A stretch of DNA of 64,000 nucleotides from Ectothiorhodospiraceae bacterium (GTDB lineage: Bacteria; Pseudomonadota; Gammaproteobacteria; Nitrococcales; Aquisalimonadaceae). Position 1 is the stretch's first letter, and every line of letters starts with the position of its first letter. The notes under the pieces were generated by a model that was not told the origin of the DNA, did no database searches, and saw only the letters and a list, made by a program, of their open reading frames with translations. Made by a program: the position numbers and the translations under genes. Shown here one piece after another: positions 10,572 to 19,548 of the stretch. Location: contig SLCE01000051.1 in assembly GCA_007125985.1 (NCBI GenBank), positions 4,991 through 68,990 on the forward strand, in the 5' to 3' direction.

Positions 10572-11474
10572 TTACCCGGCAGCACGTAGTGGCGTGAAGT
10601 CACCGCGTTCGGACAGGAACTCCGGTCGATAGTCCGGCGCCGCATAGGGCCTGCGCGGTGTGTTCTTGACGCTGTTGTAGACGAAGAACACGTTACTGCG
10701 AGGATACGGTGACATGTTTGCGTTGGAGCCATGCAGCACGTTGCACTCGAACAGGAGCAGCGAGCCGGCCGGCCCCTTGGGCGCCTGAATGCCTCCCGCC
10801 TGATCGATCAGCTTCGCCAGACTGTCATTATCCGGCACTCCGATTTCCTGTTTCTTCAGGGACCTACGGAAGTTGTTCTCCGGTGTTTCTCCGATACAGG
10901 GGACAAAATAGCGGTGCGAACCCGGTACGATCATCAACGGGCCGTTGAACTCATTGTTATCCGTCAGGATGACTGAACAACTGACGGTACGCATGTGCGG
11001 CAGGCCATCCTCGGCGTGCCAGGTCTCAAAATCGGAATGCCAATTGAACCCCTTGCCCTGGAACCCCGGCTTGTAGTTGATGCGTGACTGGTGAATGTAT
11101 ACATCACCACCCAGCAACTGCTGCGCCATGGGCAGAATCCGCGGGTGACGGCACAGGCGGGCGAACACATCGGAATGCTTGTGGACCTGGAAAATGGATC
11201 GCACCTCCTGGCTGTCCGGCTCCGTTATGACATCGTCTCGTCCGGCCATGGAGCGATCGCTGCAGAGCCGATGCAGTTCGTCCACAAAGCTACCGATGGT
11301 CTGGCCGTTGAAAAAACCAGGGAAAAACAGGAAGCCGTCCCGATTGTACTGGTCCAGCTGCTCCTGGCTGAGCGGACCTTGATCGGCATTTCCGTAGACC
11401 ACCGGGTCGAGCCGCTCGAACATGGCCGTGGGGGCGCTGGTGCGGGACGGATAGAGGTCCTTGGTTGTATCCAT
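10572..11474 (-). CDS. ectD: Ectoine hydroxylase
   Basis: Contains the EctD signature FNWHSDFETWHAEDGLP. Non-heme Fe(II)/2-oxoglutarate dioxygenase fold. Lies downstream of ectABC. Confidence 0.93.
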   Translation of the reverse strand: MDTTKDLYPSRTSAPTAMFERLDPVVYGNADQGPLSQEQLDQYNRDGFLFFPGFFNGQTIGSFVDELHRLCSDRSMAGRDDVITEPDSQEVRSIFQVHKHSDVFARLCRHPRILPMAQQLLGGDVYIHQSRINYKPGFQGKGFNWHSDFETWHAEDGLPHMRTVSCSVILTDNNEFNGPLMIVPGSHRYFVPCIGETPENNFRRSLKKQEIGVPDNDSLAKLIDQAGGIQAPKGPAGSLLLFECNVLHGSNANMSPYPRSNVFFVYNSVKNTPRRPYAAPDYRPEFLSERGDFTPLRAAG

Positions 11475-11728
11475 TTGGAATACTCTTCACGCATAAACAA
11501 TGACAAGTAACAACACATGGGTGGCCTCCGCCGCGGGCGCTCTGGATGAGGCCCTGGGCTCAGCAAATCACTCGATTCAGATCAGGCTGGGTGCCAGACT
11601 CTGCGGCGGCTACCCGACGCAAGCAGGCCGGATGGCCTGCGGGATAATCTTGCGAAGAATGATGTAGGGGCAGCTTATCAGGCATTCAAGCCCGTAGCAG
11701 TGAAACATGCTGCATTCGCCTGGAAGCG

Positions 11729-11759
11729 AAAAAAGGCGACCCCGTCGGGGCCGCCTTTT
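11729..11759 (-). terminator. Intrinsic terminator after ectC
   Basis: On the minus strand: GGCGGCCCC-gac-GGGGUCGCC, a 9-bp stem including one G-U pair, followed by UUUUUU. It lies 21 nt after the ectC stop. A short T-run is also present on the plus strand. Confidence 0.7.
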
Positions 11760-11779
11760 CCAATGGTGCCTGTTGCGGT

Positions 11780-12169
11780 TCAGTCTTCTACAAGTTCGTA
11801 GGCTCCATCCGCGTCATGCGTTTCCTGGCCGGTCACCGGCGGATTGAAGGCGCAGATCAGGCGCATGTCCTCGGTGCCACCGCGGAGGATGTGCTTGTCG
11901 TGGTTGTCCAAGGCGTACAGTACACCGTCTTCGATCTTATGCACCTCGCCGGTGGCCAGATCTTCAATGGTGCCGTTGCCGGCAACACAGTAGACGGCCT
12001 CCAGGTGATTCTTGTACCACATGTGCAATTCAGCACCAGCCGGGATGATGGTTTCGTGAAACGAAAACCCCATGCCGTCCTTCTTTAGCAGCAGCCGGCG
12101 GCTGACCCAGTTCGGCCCTTTCACTTCGCGATCGGTACCGATGATGTCCTTCACGTCGACAATTTTCAT
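11780..12169 (-). CDS. ectC: L-ectoine synthase
   Basis: 129-aa cupin, [16 protein letters not shown]...[16 protein letters not shown], typical EctC. RBS GAGAGGAG upstream. Confidence 0.95.
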   Translation of the reverse strand: MKIVDVKDIIGTDREVKGPNWVSRRLLLKKDGMGFSFHETIIPAGAELHMWYKNHLEAVYCVAGNGTIEDLATGEVHKIEDGVLYALDNHDKHILRGGTEDMRLICAFNPPVTGQETHDADGAYELVED

Positions 12170-12205
12170 AGTCTGCTCCTCTCGGTGCCCGGACGCCCAG
12201 GCGTG

Positions 12206-12239
12206 AAAAAATAGCCCCGACGGCGCAGGCCGCCGGGGC
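12206..12239 (-). terminator. Intrinsic terminator/attenuator between ectB and ectC
   Basis: On the minus strand: GCCCCGGCGGC-ctgc-GCCGUCGGGGC, about 11 bp including one G-U pair, followed by UAUUUUUU. It lies about 35 nt before the ectC RBS. Confidence 0.6.
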
Positions 12240-12265
12240 CGGGTTGCCTGTTGACGGCAAACGGG

Positions 12266-13564
12266 TTATTCGCTGGCAGCCTGTTTGCTGATGCCGAGTT
12301 CCTGCATCGCCGTCACCAGGCTCTGCTCGATAATTTCCAGACCCTTCTGCAGGTCGGCATCCTCGGTGGTCAGCGGCGGCAGCAGCTTCAGCACTTCGTC
12401 GCTGGGGCCGGCAGTTTCAATGATCAACTTGTGCCGGAACGCCACCTCCGAGACCTTGCCCGCCAATTCCTCGTTGGGGAAGTGAATTGCCTGCATCATG
12501 CCACGGCCGCGTCGCGTTCCTTCGGCCTGCGGGTATTTCTTCACGACCTCGTCCAGGAAGTTCTCGATCATGGTGGTGCGGCGGGCGATGTCCTTTTCAA
12601 AGGAGTCATCGCTCCAGAACAGCTCCATGGCCTTGGCCGAGGTGATCATGGCGGGGTTGAAACCACGGAAGGTACCGTTGTGCTCGCCCGGCTCCCACAG
12701 GTCGTATTCGGGCTTCACCAGGGTGAGCGCCAGCGGCAGCCCGTAGCCGCTGATGGATTTGGAGACAGTGATCACATCGGGGCTGATGCCGGCTTCCTCG
12801 AAACTGAAGAATGTCCCGCAGCGCCCATTACCGGTCTGAATGTCATCGACGATCAGCAGCATGTCGTACTTGCGGCACAATCCTTCCAGGCGGCGAAGCC
12901 AGTCGAGGTCTGCCACGTTGACACCGCCTTCTGCCTGTACCGTCTCCACAATGGCGGCGGCCGGCAGGTCTACACCGGAGCTGGAGTCGGCCATCATCTT
13001 GTCGATGTATTCGATGGTGTCGTACTCCGGCCCGAAGTAATTGCAGTAGGGCATGGAGTCGCTGTGGGTCAGCGGAAGACCGGCACCCTGGCGCTTAAAG
13101 GCGTTGCCGGTCACCGACAGCGAACCCAGCGTCATGCCGTGGAACGCACTGGTGAACGACATGATCTTCTCGCGGCCCTTGGCCTTGCGCGCGATCTTCA
13201 GCGCGGTTTCCACGGCATTGGTGCCCGTTGGCCCGGGGAACTGGACCTTGTAATCCATGCCCCGCGGTTCGAGGATCAAACGATAAAACGTGTCCAGGAA
13301 GGTGCCGCGCGCGACGCTGGCCATGTCCAGGCTATGGGTGATGTTGTCGCCGCTCAGATAATCAATCAGTACTTTCTTCAGTTCCGGGTGATTGTGGCCG
13401 TAGTTCAGAACACTGGCGCCGGCAAAGAAGTCCAGGTAACGCTCACCGTTCACGTCCTCAATCCACGACCCCCGGGCCGTCTTGAACACGGCGGGGAAGT
13501 TGCGGACGTAGCTGCGTACCTGACTTTCATGCGTTTCGATGGAATTCATCGGGTCCATGGTCAT
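12266..13564 (-). CDS. ectB: Diaminobutyrate-2-oxoglutarate transaminase
   Basis: 432-aa class III aminotransferase with a PLP-lysine region (VITVSKSISGYGLP). Positioned between ectA and ectC. Confidence 0.95.
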   Translation of the reverse strand: MTMDPMNSIETHESQVRSYVRNFPAVFKTARGSWIEDVNGERYLDFFAGASVLNYGHNHPELKKVLIDYLSGDNITHSLDMASVARGTFLDTFYRLILEPRGMDYKVQFPGPTGTNAVETALKIARKAKGREKIMSFTSAFHGMTLGSLSVTGNAFKRQGAGLPLTHSDSMPYCNYFGPEYDTIEYIDKMMADSSSGVDLPAAAIVETVQAEGGVNVADLDWLRRLEGLCRKYDMLLIVDDIQTGNGRCGTFFSFEEAGISPDVITVSKSISGYGLPLALTLVKPEYDLWEPGEHNGTFRGFNPAMITSAKAMELFWSDDSFEKDIARRTTMIENFLDEVVKKYPQAEGTRRGRGMMQAIHFPNEELAGKVSEVAFRHKLIIETAGPSDEVLKLLPPLTTEDADLQKGLEIIEQSLVTAMQELGISKQAASE

Positions 13565-13577
13565 GGCTCGATTCCTC

Positions 13578-14108
13578 TCAGACTTTCAGTTGATTGGCGC
13601 GGGCGGCGGTATACGGGCCGATGAGGTAGAGTTCCTCGGCTTCATGGCCGCCCTCGGGGAAATGCGATTCGGTAAAGCCTTCGGTCACACGGATTTCCGC
13701 GCCCAGTTCGCGGGCAATGGCGCCGAACAGGGCCTTGGACGCCTCGTTGGACGGGGAAATCGTGGTTTCCAGCAGCGCGGCCCCTTCGGCTCCGGGGCTT
13801 TGCAGGAAAGCCGCCAGTAGGCGCTTGCCCAGGCCCTGACCGCGCATGGAGGCATCCACACCCACCTGCCACAGGAAAATGGACTCAGGCCGGTTGGGAG
13901 GGCGGTATCCGGTCACAAAGCCGGTGATACGCCCTTCATGCTCCGCCACCACGCAAGTATCGCCAAAATCCTTGGCAAGCAGTAGGTACATGTAGGCCGA
14001 GTTGAGGTCGAGAACGCCGGAGTCCTTGACCACACGCCAGATACCGGCTCCATCTTCCAGTCGCGCGTTGCGGAAACTGATGTCAAGTTTGTCTTTGCTG
14101 GATGTCAC
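13578..14108 (-). CDS. ectA: L-2,4-diaminobutyrate acetyltransferase
   Basis: 176-aa GNAT protein with acetyl-CoA motif MRGQGLGKRLL. First gene of the ect cluster. Confidence 0.9.
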   Translation of the reverse strand: MTSSKDKLDISFRNARLEDGAGIWRVVKDSGVLDLNSAYMYLLLAKDFGDTCVVAEHEGRITGFVTGYRPPNRPESIFLWQVGVDASMRGQGLGKRLLAAFLQSPGAEGAALLETTISPSNEASKALFGAIARELGAEIRVTEGFTESHFPEGGHEAEELYLIGPYTAARANQLKV

Positions 14109-14561
14109 GTGTCCTTGTCCTGTGTCCTGATGTTGAGATCCTGATGCAAGTGTAGCGGCCAGAAGCGACAGCGGAATGTCACCTCACCGGAACATGGGCT
14201 ACGGGGCAGGGAGGCGCTTTGGCAACTCGATTGGTTGAGCGCCTGATGGCCGTCGCGGGCAGGGTGCCCACATGCAAACGGCTGATTTGTGAAGCGATTG
14301 GCAGGAGTGTGCTGTCGTCTAAAGACAAGCCGCTTCCTCGCGGTTTCAAATCGGCTGATTATTCAAACATTTATGATTGATGGTGTCAAGCTGGGGGCGG
14401 TTCTTGATAGGCGTGGTGCATGCTGCCCGTTACGCCTGGCTCGCGCTGATGTCCGCATCGTTTCTGGCATTTGACCCGCCAATGAATGCGGACGAAGATT
14501 GCCCCGCACGGGCGGATATCCGGGGAATCCGCTTTACACCTTTAGGAGCATCCGGGCAGTC

Positions 14562-15866
14562 ATGATCAGGACGCTGGCATCGTTGGGGGCTTTGTTCTCC
14601 TCCATGGGTATTCTGCTGCTGGGCGGCGGTCTGCTAGGCACCCTGCTTGCCCTGCGCATGGGGCTCGAGGGTGTGCCGTCGCAGATCATCGGCCTGGTCA
14701 TGGCCTGCTATTCGGTGGGCTTTGTGCTCGCCACACTGGTTTCGGCTCGAATCATCCAGGCTGTCGGCCATATCCGCTGTTTCGCAGCTTTTGCCGCGCT
14801 TGCCTCGGTGTCGGCCTTGATGCACGGGCTGTTCTTCGATCCCTGGCTGTGGGCGGCCATGCGTATTCTGTTTGGCTTTTCTGTGGCCAGTCTCTATATG
14901 GTTACCGAGAGCTGGCTCAATGATCGCACGCCCCGGGAGTACCGGGGTCAGGTGCTGAGCTTCTATGTCATCGTTACCTCGCTGGCTCTGGGCTCGGGGC
15001 AGTTCCTGCTTGGCATCTGGGATGTCTCCGGTTATCAGCTGTTCAGCCTGGCGGCCATTCTGCTTGCCTCGGCGCTGGTGCCTGTGGCGCTGGCTCAGAT
15101 CTCATCGCCGGAGATCAGGCCCACCCGACGGGTGGGTTTGCGGCAGTTGTATGATATTTCGCCGCTGGGGACCTACACGGCATTTGCCTCGGGAATCATT
15201 AATGGCGGGTTCTTCGCGCTTGGGCCGGTGTTTGCGGCAGCCATCGGTTTTGGCGCCAATGCGGTGGCGACCTTCATGGGGTCCGCGATTCTTGGTGGGC
15301 TGTTCCTGCAATACCTGATCGGTCGCATGTCGGATCGCCATGACCGGCGGCTGGTGATCTCCATCGTAACCGCAGTGGTGGCCTTGCTCAGCCTGGCCAT
15401 GGCAATGATTCATGCCGTGCCGCTGTGGGTGGTGATCGTGCTCGCCGGGCTCTGGGGCGGTTTCAACTTCACTGTGTATGCGCTGGGACTCGCTTTGGCG
15501 CATGACTTCATGGAATCCGATGAACGGGTGCCGGCAAGTGCGACGCTGTTGCTGACGCACGGCGTGGGTATGATTATCGGCCCGGTGGTGTTGGCGCAGG
15601 TCATGGGGGCGTTTGGCGAGGAATCCCTCTTCTTCGGCTTTGCTGTCATGGCAGCCACGGTGACCTTTTTCGGCTGGTATCGTGCCCGGGTCGGGGAATC
15701 CATCCTGGTTGAGGACCAGGAACAGTATCAGTCCGCACCGCAGAGCCTGGTTTCCACGCCGCTTTCGGTGGCACTGGATCCACAGGCGGAGGATGACCCG
15801 CAATTGGAATTCGATTTCAGCCCGGATGAGGAAGACGGAATGGGGATGAACGAGGTGGAGATATGA
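14562..15866 (+). CDS. MFS transporter
   Basis: About 12 predicted TM helices with an acidic C-terminal tail. Start chosen at ATG 14562 (MIRTLASLG). The ORF is open from 14499, so the start is uncertain. Confidence 0.8.
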   Translation: MIRTLASLGALFSSMGILLLGGGLLGTLLALRMGLEGVPSQIIGLVMACYSVGFVLATLVSARIIQAVGHIRCFAAFAALASVSALMHGLFFDPWLWAAMRILFGFSVASLYMVTESWLNDRTPREYRGQVLSFYVIVTSLALGSGQFLLGIWDVSGYQLFSLAAILLASALVPVALAQISSPEIRPTRRVGLRQLYDISPLGTYTAFASGIINGGFFALGPVFAAAIGFGANAVATFMGSAILGGLFLQYLIGRMSDRHDRRLVISIVTAVVALLSLAMAMIHAVPLWVVIVLAGLWGGFNFTVYALGLALAHDFMESDERVPASATLLLTHGVGMIIGPVVLAQVMGAFGEESLFFGFAVMAATVTFFGWYRARVGESILVEDQEQYQSAPQSLVSTPLSVALDPQAEDDPQLEFDFSPDEEDGMGMNEVEI

Positions 15867-16552
15867 GTGCCGGGCCAAACGTACTGGCGCTGGACGCTGC
15901 CACCGAGGCGTGCAGCGCGGCCCTGCAGGTGGGCGAACATCGTACAGAGCGCTATGCCGTCATGCCCCGTGGGCACGCACAGCATCTGCTGGGTATGGTG
16001 GATAAGCTTCTGCAGGAGGCACACCTGGAGCCGGATCAATTGGATCTGATCGTCTATGGGCGCGGGCCTGGTGCGTTCACCGGTGTGCGTATTGGTGTCG
16101 GAGTTGCCCAGGGGCTGGCCTTCGGCGCGGACTGTCCGGTGTACGGCGTGTCCACTCTGGAAGCGGTGGCCCAGGGCTGCTTCCGGCGAAACGGGGCGAA
16201 GCATGTGCTGGTGGCGATGGATGCTCGGATGGGCGAAGTCTATTGGGCTGCTTGTTCGCTGGATTCTGCGTCCGGATCGATGCAAGCCCTTGGCGAAGAA
16301 TCCGTTGCATTGCCTGCGGAGGTGCGGTGTCCCGATGGCTGGACGGAGTGGTTTGCGGCAGGGACCGGCTGGAGCGCCCATGCGCAGGCGCTGGCATCTG
16401 CCTGCGGTCAGCCGCCGCTGGGCCGCGAGCCTGATGCGTTGCCCCGGGCCCTGGATCTGCTCCCCCATGGTCTGGCCGCCCTGAGGCGGGGCACTGTGGA
16501 TTCCCCGGAGCAGGCTCAACCGGTTTATCTGCGGGATAAGGTCACAAGCTGA
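15863..16552 (+). CDS. tsaB: tRNA t6A37 modification protein TsaB (YeaZ)
   Basis: N-terminal VLALDAATEACSAAL and GPGAFTGVRIGV motifs. ATG overlaps the MFS stop. Confidence 0.85.
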   Translation: MSAGPNVLALDAATEACSAALQVGEHRTERYAVMPRGHAQHLLGMVDKLLQEAHLEPDQLDLIVYGRGPGAFTGVRIGVGVAQGLAFGADCPVYGVSTLEAVAQGCFRRNGAKHVLVAMDARMGEVYWAACSLDSASGSMQALGEESVALPAEVRCPDGWTEWFAAGTGWSAHAQALASACGQPPLGREPDALPRALDLLPHGLAALRRGTVDSPEQAQPVYLRDKVTS

Positions 16553-16608
16553 TGATTTCCGCGTGAACCGCGATTAGCCAGGTTCTACCCGTGAAAGGTT
16601 AGTAACCG

Positions 16609-16622
16609 TTGACCTGCGTCAA
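16609..16622. promoter_or_regulatory. FNR/Anr-type box upstream of hemN
   Basis: TTGAC-CTGC-GTCAA is a perfect inverted repeat, one mismatch per half-site from the TTGAT-N4-ATCAA consensus. It is centred about 98 nt before the hemN ATG. Confidence 0.55.
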
Positions 16623-16713
16623 TGTCTGCGGACAGTGGTACTCCTACTATGCAGGCGTACCGGGTCAGCCGCGGAGGGCGGCGTGGGCCTGACATGCGTC
16701 GCAGGAGAGCTTC

Positions 16714-18102
16714 ATGTCTGCTATTCCGTTCAACCGCCGGCTGTACAAGAAGTACGATGTGGCCGGGCCCAGATACACTTCGTATCCGACGGCGCCACAT
16801 TTTCATACCGGTTTCGGAGAGGCCGCGTATCGGCAAGTGGCGAGCGGGAGCAATGAAGACCCGATCCCGCGCCCATTGTCACTGTATGCCCATATCCCTT
16901 TCTGTCACAGCCTCTGTTACTACTGTGCGTGCAGCAAAATCGTCACGCGCCATACGGCGAAGGCGGAGATCTACCTGCACTATCTGGAGCGCGAACTGGC
17001 GCTGCAAGGACCGCTGTTCGACCGGGACCGGCCACTGCGCCAGTTGCACCTCGGGGGCGGGACGCCCACTTACATGGACGACCGGCAGTTATGGCGCTTG
17101 ATGCAGGCGGTGGGCCGCCAGTTCTCCCTGGCGGTACCGGAAGAGCGGGAGTTTTCCGTCGAGGTGGATCCTCGTGCCGTGGGCGATGAGACTATCGCCG
17201 TGATGGCGGAACTGGGCTTTAACCGCATCAGCGTCGGCGTGCAGGATTTCGATCCGGAGGTCCAGAAAGCGGTCAACCGCCTGCAGAGTCTCGAGCAGAC
17301 CATGCAGGTCATCGACGATGCGCGCCGTAACGGCTACCGGTCGGTGAGCCTGGATCTGATCTATGGCCTCCCCAAGCAGACGCTGGAGCGTTTCGCCGCC
17401 ACGCTGGACCAGGTCATCGGTATCCGCCCGGAAAGGCTGAGTATCTATAACTACGCGCATCTGCCCGAGCGTGTGAAGGCGCAGCGCCTGATCGTGACGG
17501 AAGATCTGCCGTCCCCGGAGGAAAAGCTGGAAATACTGGCATATACCGTGGATCGCCTTACCCGCGCAGGTTACCGGTACATTGGCATGGACCACTTTGC
17601 CCTGCCGGAGAGTGACATGGCCCGGGCCCTCGACGATGGAACCCTGCAGCGTAACTTCCAGGGGTACTCCACCCACGCTGACTGCGACCTTATCGGGATC
17701 GGCATGACGTCGATCGGCAAGATCGGCGACAGCTACAGCCAGAACCTTCGGGACCTCAAGGCCTATTATCAGGCGCTGGATGCGGGCCGCCTGCCGGTGG
17801 CGCGTGGATATCTGCTGAACGCGGATGACCGCCTGCGTCGCGAGGTGATTGAACAGATCATGTGTCGTGCCTGGCTGGATTTCGCTGCCATCGAGCACGC
17901 CTACGATATCCGCTTTGCCGACTATTTCCGCAGTGAACTGGATGCATTGCAGGACATGGAGAATGACGGCCTGCTCCGGCGGCGGGAAAACGGGTTGGAA
18001 ATCCTGCCGGCCGGGCGGTTGCTACTGCGGAACATCGCGATGGTGTTCGATCGCTACCTTTGGGCGGGCGAGCAGACCGTGCGCTACTCGCGCACCGTCT
18101 GA
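16714..18102 (+). CDS. hemN: Oxygen-independent coproporphyrinogen III oxidase
   Basis: Radical-SAM motif CHSLCYYCAC and N-terminal YDVAGPRYTSYPTA. 462 aa. Confidence 0.93.
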   Translation: MSAIPFNRRLYKKYDVAGPRYTSYPTAPHFHTGFGEAAYRQVASGSNEDPIPRPLSLYAHIPFCHSLCYYCACSKIVTRHTAKAEIYLHYLERELALQGPLFDRDRPLRQLHLGGGTPTYMDDRQLWRLMQAVGRQFSLAVPEEREFSVEVDPRAVGDETIAVMAELGFNRISVGVQDFDPEVQKAVNRLQSLEQTMQVIDDARRNGYRSVSLDLIYGLPKQTLERFAATLDQVIGIRPERLSIYNYAHLPERVKAQRLIVTEDLPSPEEKLEILAYTVDRLTRAGYRYIGMDHFALPESDMARALDDGTLQRNFQGYSTHADCDLIGIGMTSIGKIGDSYSQNLRDLKAYYQALDAGRLPVARGYLLNADDRLRREVIEQIMCRAWLDFAAIEHAYDIRFADYFRSELDALQDMENDGLLRRRENGLEILPAGRLLLRNIAMVFDRYLWAGEQTVRYSRTV

Positions 18103-18130
18103 AACAGTCCTGCGGCGGGCCGGAGAGCGC

Positions 18131-18919
18131 TCACGCCTGGCTGCGGGAGTTCCCGGGAGTCGGTCCGTTCATCACGTTCTCGGTGCTCCCGCTCAGCTCC
18201 CGGAGCGTATCCATGTCGGCCAGTTCAATTTCGCGGCCGGAGGCACTGATCAGCCCCTGGTCCACGAAACGCTTGAACAGGCGGCTGGTGGTCTCCGGAG
18301 CCAGGCCCAGGTAATTGCTGAGGTCGTGGCGGGACATGGGCAGCCGGAAGCGGGTGGGGGACAGTCCCCGTCGTCCGAAGCGATCACCCAGGCTTAGCAG
18401 CATGATCGCCAGCCGCTGATCCGCGGTACGTCTGGCGAGCGCCTGCAACATTTCGTGCTCGTTGAAGATTTCCTTGCTCATGATGCGGAGCAGTTGCCGC
18501 TGCAGGCCCGGAATCTTTTCGGACAGAATCTCCAACTCCGTGAAGGGGATTTCGCAGACGGAGGTGGTCTCCAGCGCCACAGCTGTGGACGGGTGCTCAC
18601 CGAAGCTGATGGCGTCCAGGCCCAGCAGCTCGCCGGGCAGGTGAAATGCGGTGATCTGTTCCTCGCCGTCCTGGGCAAGCGTGGTGCTCTTCAGTGACCC
18701 TGTGCGGACCGCATAAATGGCGCCAAACGGCTTGCCGGCCTGGTACAGGCTGGCACCCTTGGTGAGCGGGCGACGCCGCTGGACGATGCTATCCAGGCGG
18801 TCCACGTCATCCGGGGCCAGTGCTACGGGTAGGCACAGGTCCGCCAGGCTACAGCTGGCACAGGCCTTGCGCAGTTCGTGAAGACGTGTGCGGCTCGGTT
18901 GCTCGGAATGCTTGGTCAT
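18131..18919 (-). CDS. fnr: FNR/Anr-family oxygen-sensing transcription regulator
   Basis: N-terminal Cys cluster CASCSLADLC (C-x2-C-x5-C), cNMP-binding-like fold, and DNA-recognition helix ETTSRLF (E--SR). Confidence 0.9.
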   Translation of the reverse strand: MTKHSEQPSRTRLHELRKACASCSLADLCLPVALAPDDVDRLDSIVQRRRPLTKGASLYQAGKPFGAIYAVRTGSLKSTTLAQDGEEQITAFHLPGELLGLDAISFGEHPSTAVALETTSVCEIPFTELEILSEKIPGLQRQLLRIMSKEIFNEHEMLQALARRTADQRLAIMLLSLGDRFGRRGLSPTRFRLPMSRHDLSNYLGLAPETTSRLFKRFVDQGLISASGREIELADMDTLRELSGSTENVMNGPTPGNSRSQA

Positions 18920-19182
18920 GCTGGAGTCACGCGTATTCCTGTTCGGTGACGAGGCAGGCGTCCGGGGAATAAAGCCTTGCTGTATACCCTGGGCCGTACT
19001 TTGATGCTTAGTCTACAGTAACGAGGTTTTTTTTCAGCCCCCCTGTTATGGAGGCGCGAGCAGTATAGTACACATGCCACTTGGCAGTGGGATCTGCTAC
19101 TGTCCGTGGTGGGATACGCCAATCCGCGCCGTCGGGTGGTGGGTCTATCCCGTCGTTTCAGCACGCAGCCGAGGAGCATGCA

Positions 19183-19536
19183 ATGGAAACCGAACTTCCC
19201 TCCGGGGCCGGTATTGTGGCCGAGGATTATCCGGAAATCTGGGACGCATACTCCCGTCTGGGGGCTGCCTGCGCCGAAGCGGGCCCGCTGGACGAGCGGG
19301 AACGGCGGCTGGTGAAGCTGGCGCTGGCTCTGGCCGCGGGCAGCGAGGGGGCGACGCATTCTCATGCACGTCGGGCTCTGGATGAGGGCATTCTGCCGGA
19401 GGAGTTGCGGCAGGTGGCCATGCTGGCCATTGCTTCCGTCGGTTTCCCGCGGGCTGTGGCGGGCCTCACCTGGATCGATGACATCCTGGACGAGGATGAA
19501 GGCGATCTGGATGAGGACGACGATGACGTGAGCTGA
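19183..19536 (+). CDS. Carboxymuconolactone decarboxylase (AhpD-like) family protein
   Basis: RBS GAGGAG 7 nt upstream of the ATG. CMD-family helical region (ERERRLVKLALALAAGSEGATHSHARRAL). Acidic C-terminal tail. Confidence 0.7.
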   Translation: METELPSGAGIVAEDYPEIWDAYSRLGAACAEAGPLDERERRLVKLALALAAGSEGATHSHARRALDEGILPEELRQVAMLAIASVGFPRAVAGLTWIDDILDEDEGDLDEDDDDVS

Positions 19537-19548
19537 TGCGCACCAGGG

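Noticed and set aside
12251-13624. 457-aa plus-strand ORF covering the whole ectB region
   Set aside because: It is exactly antisense to ectB, which has clear aminotransferase motifs. The product is Gly/Val/His-rich with no recognisable motifs, a typical high-GC shadow ORF.
14220-14234. TGGCAA-CTCGA-TTGG in the ectA / MFS divergent region
   Set aside because: The -12 GC is missing (TTGG). It points toward the MFS gene more than 320 nt away. Likely chance.
19001-19014. TTGAT-GCTT-AGTCT upstream of fnr and the CMD gene as an FNR autoregulation site
   Set aside because: Only the left half-site matches, and the right half matches at most 2 of 5 positions.
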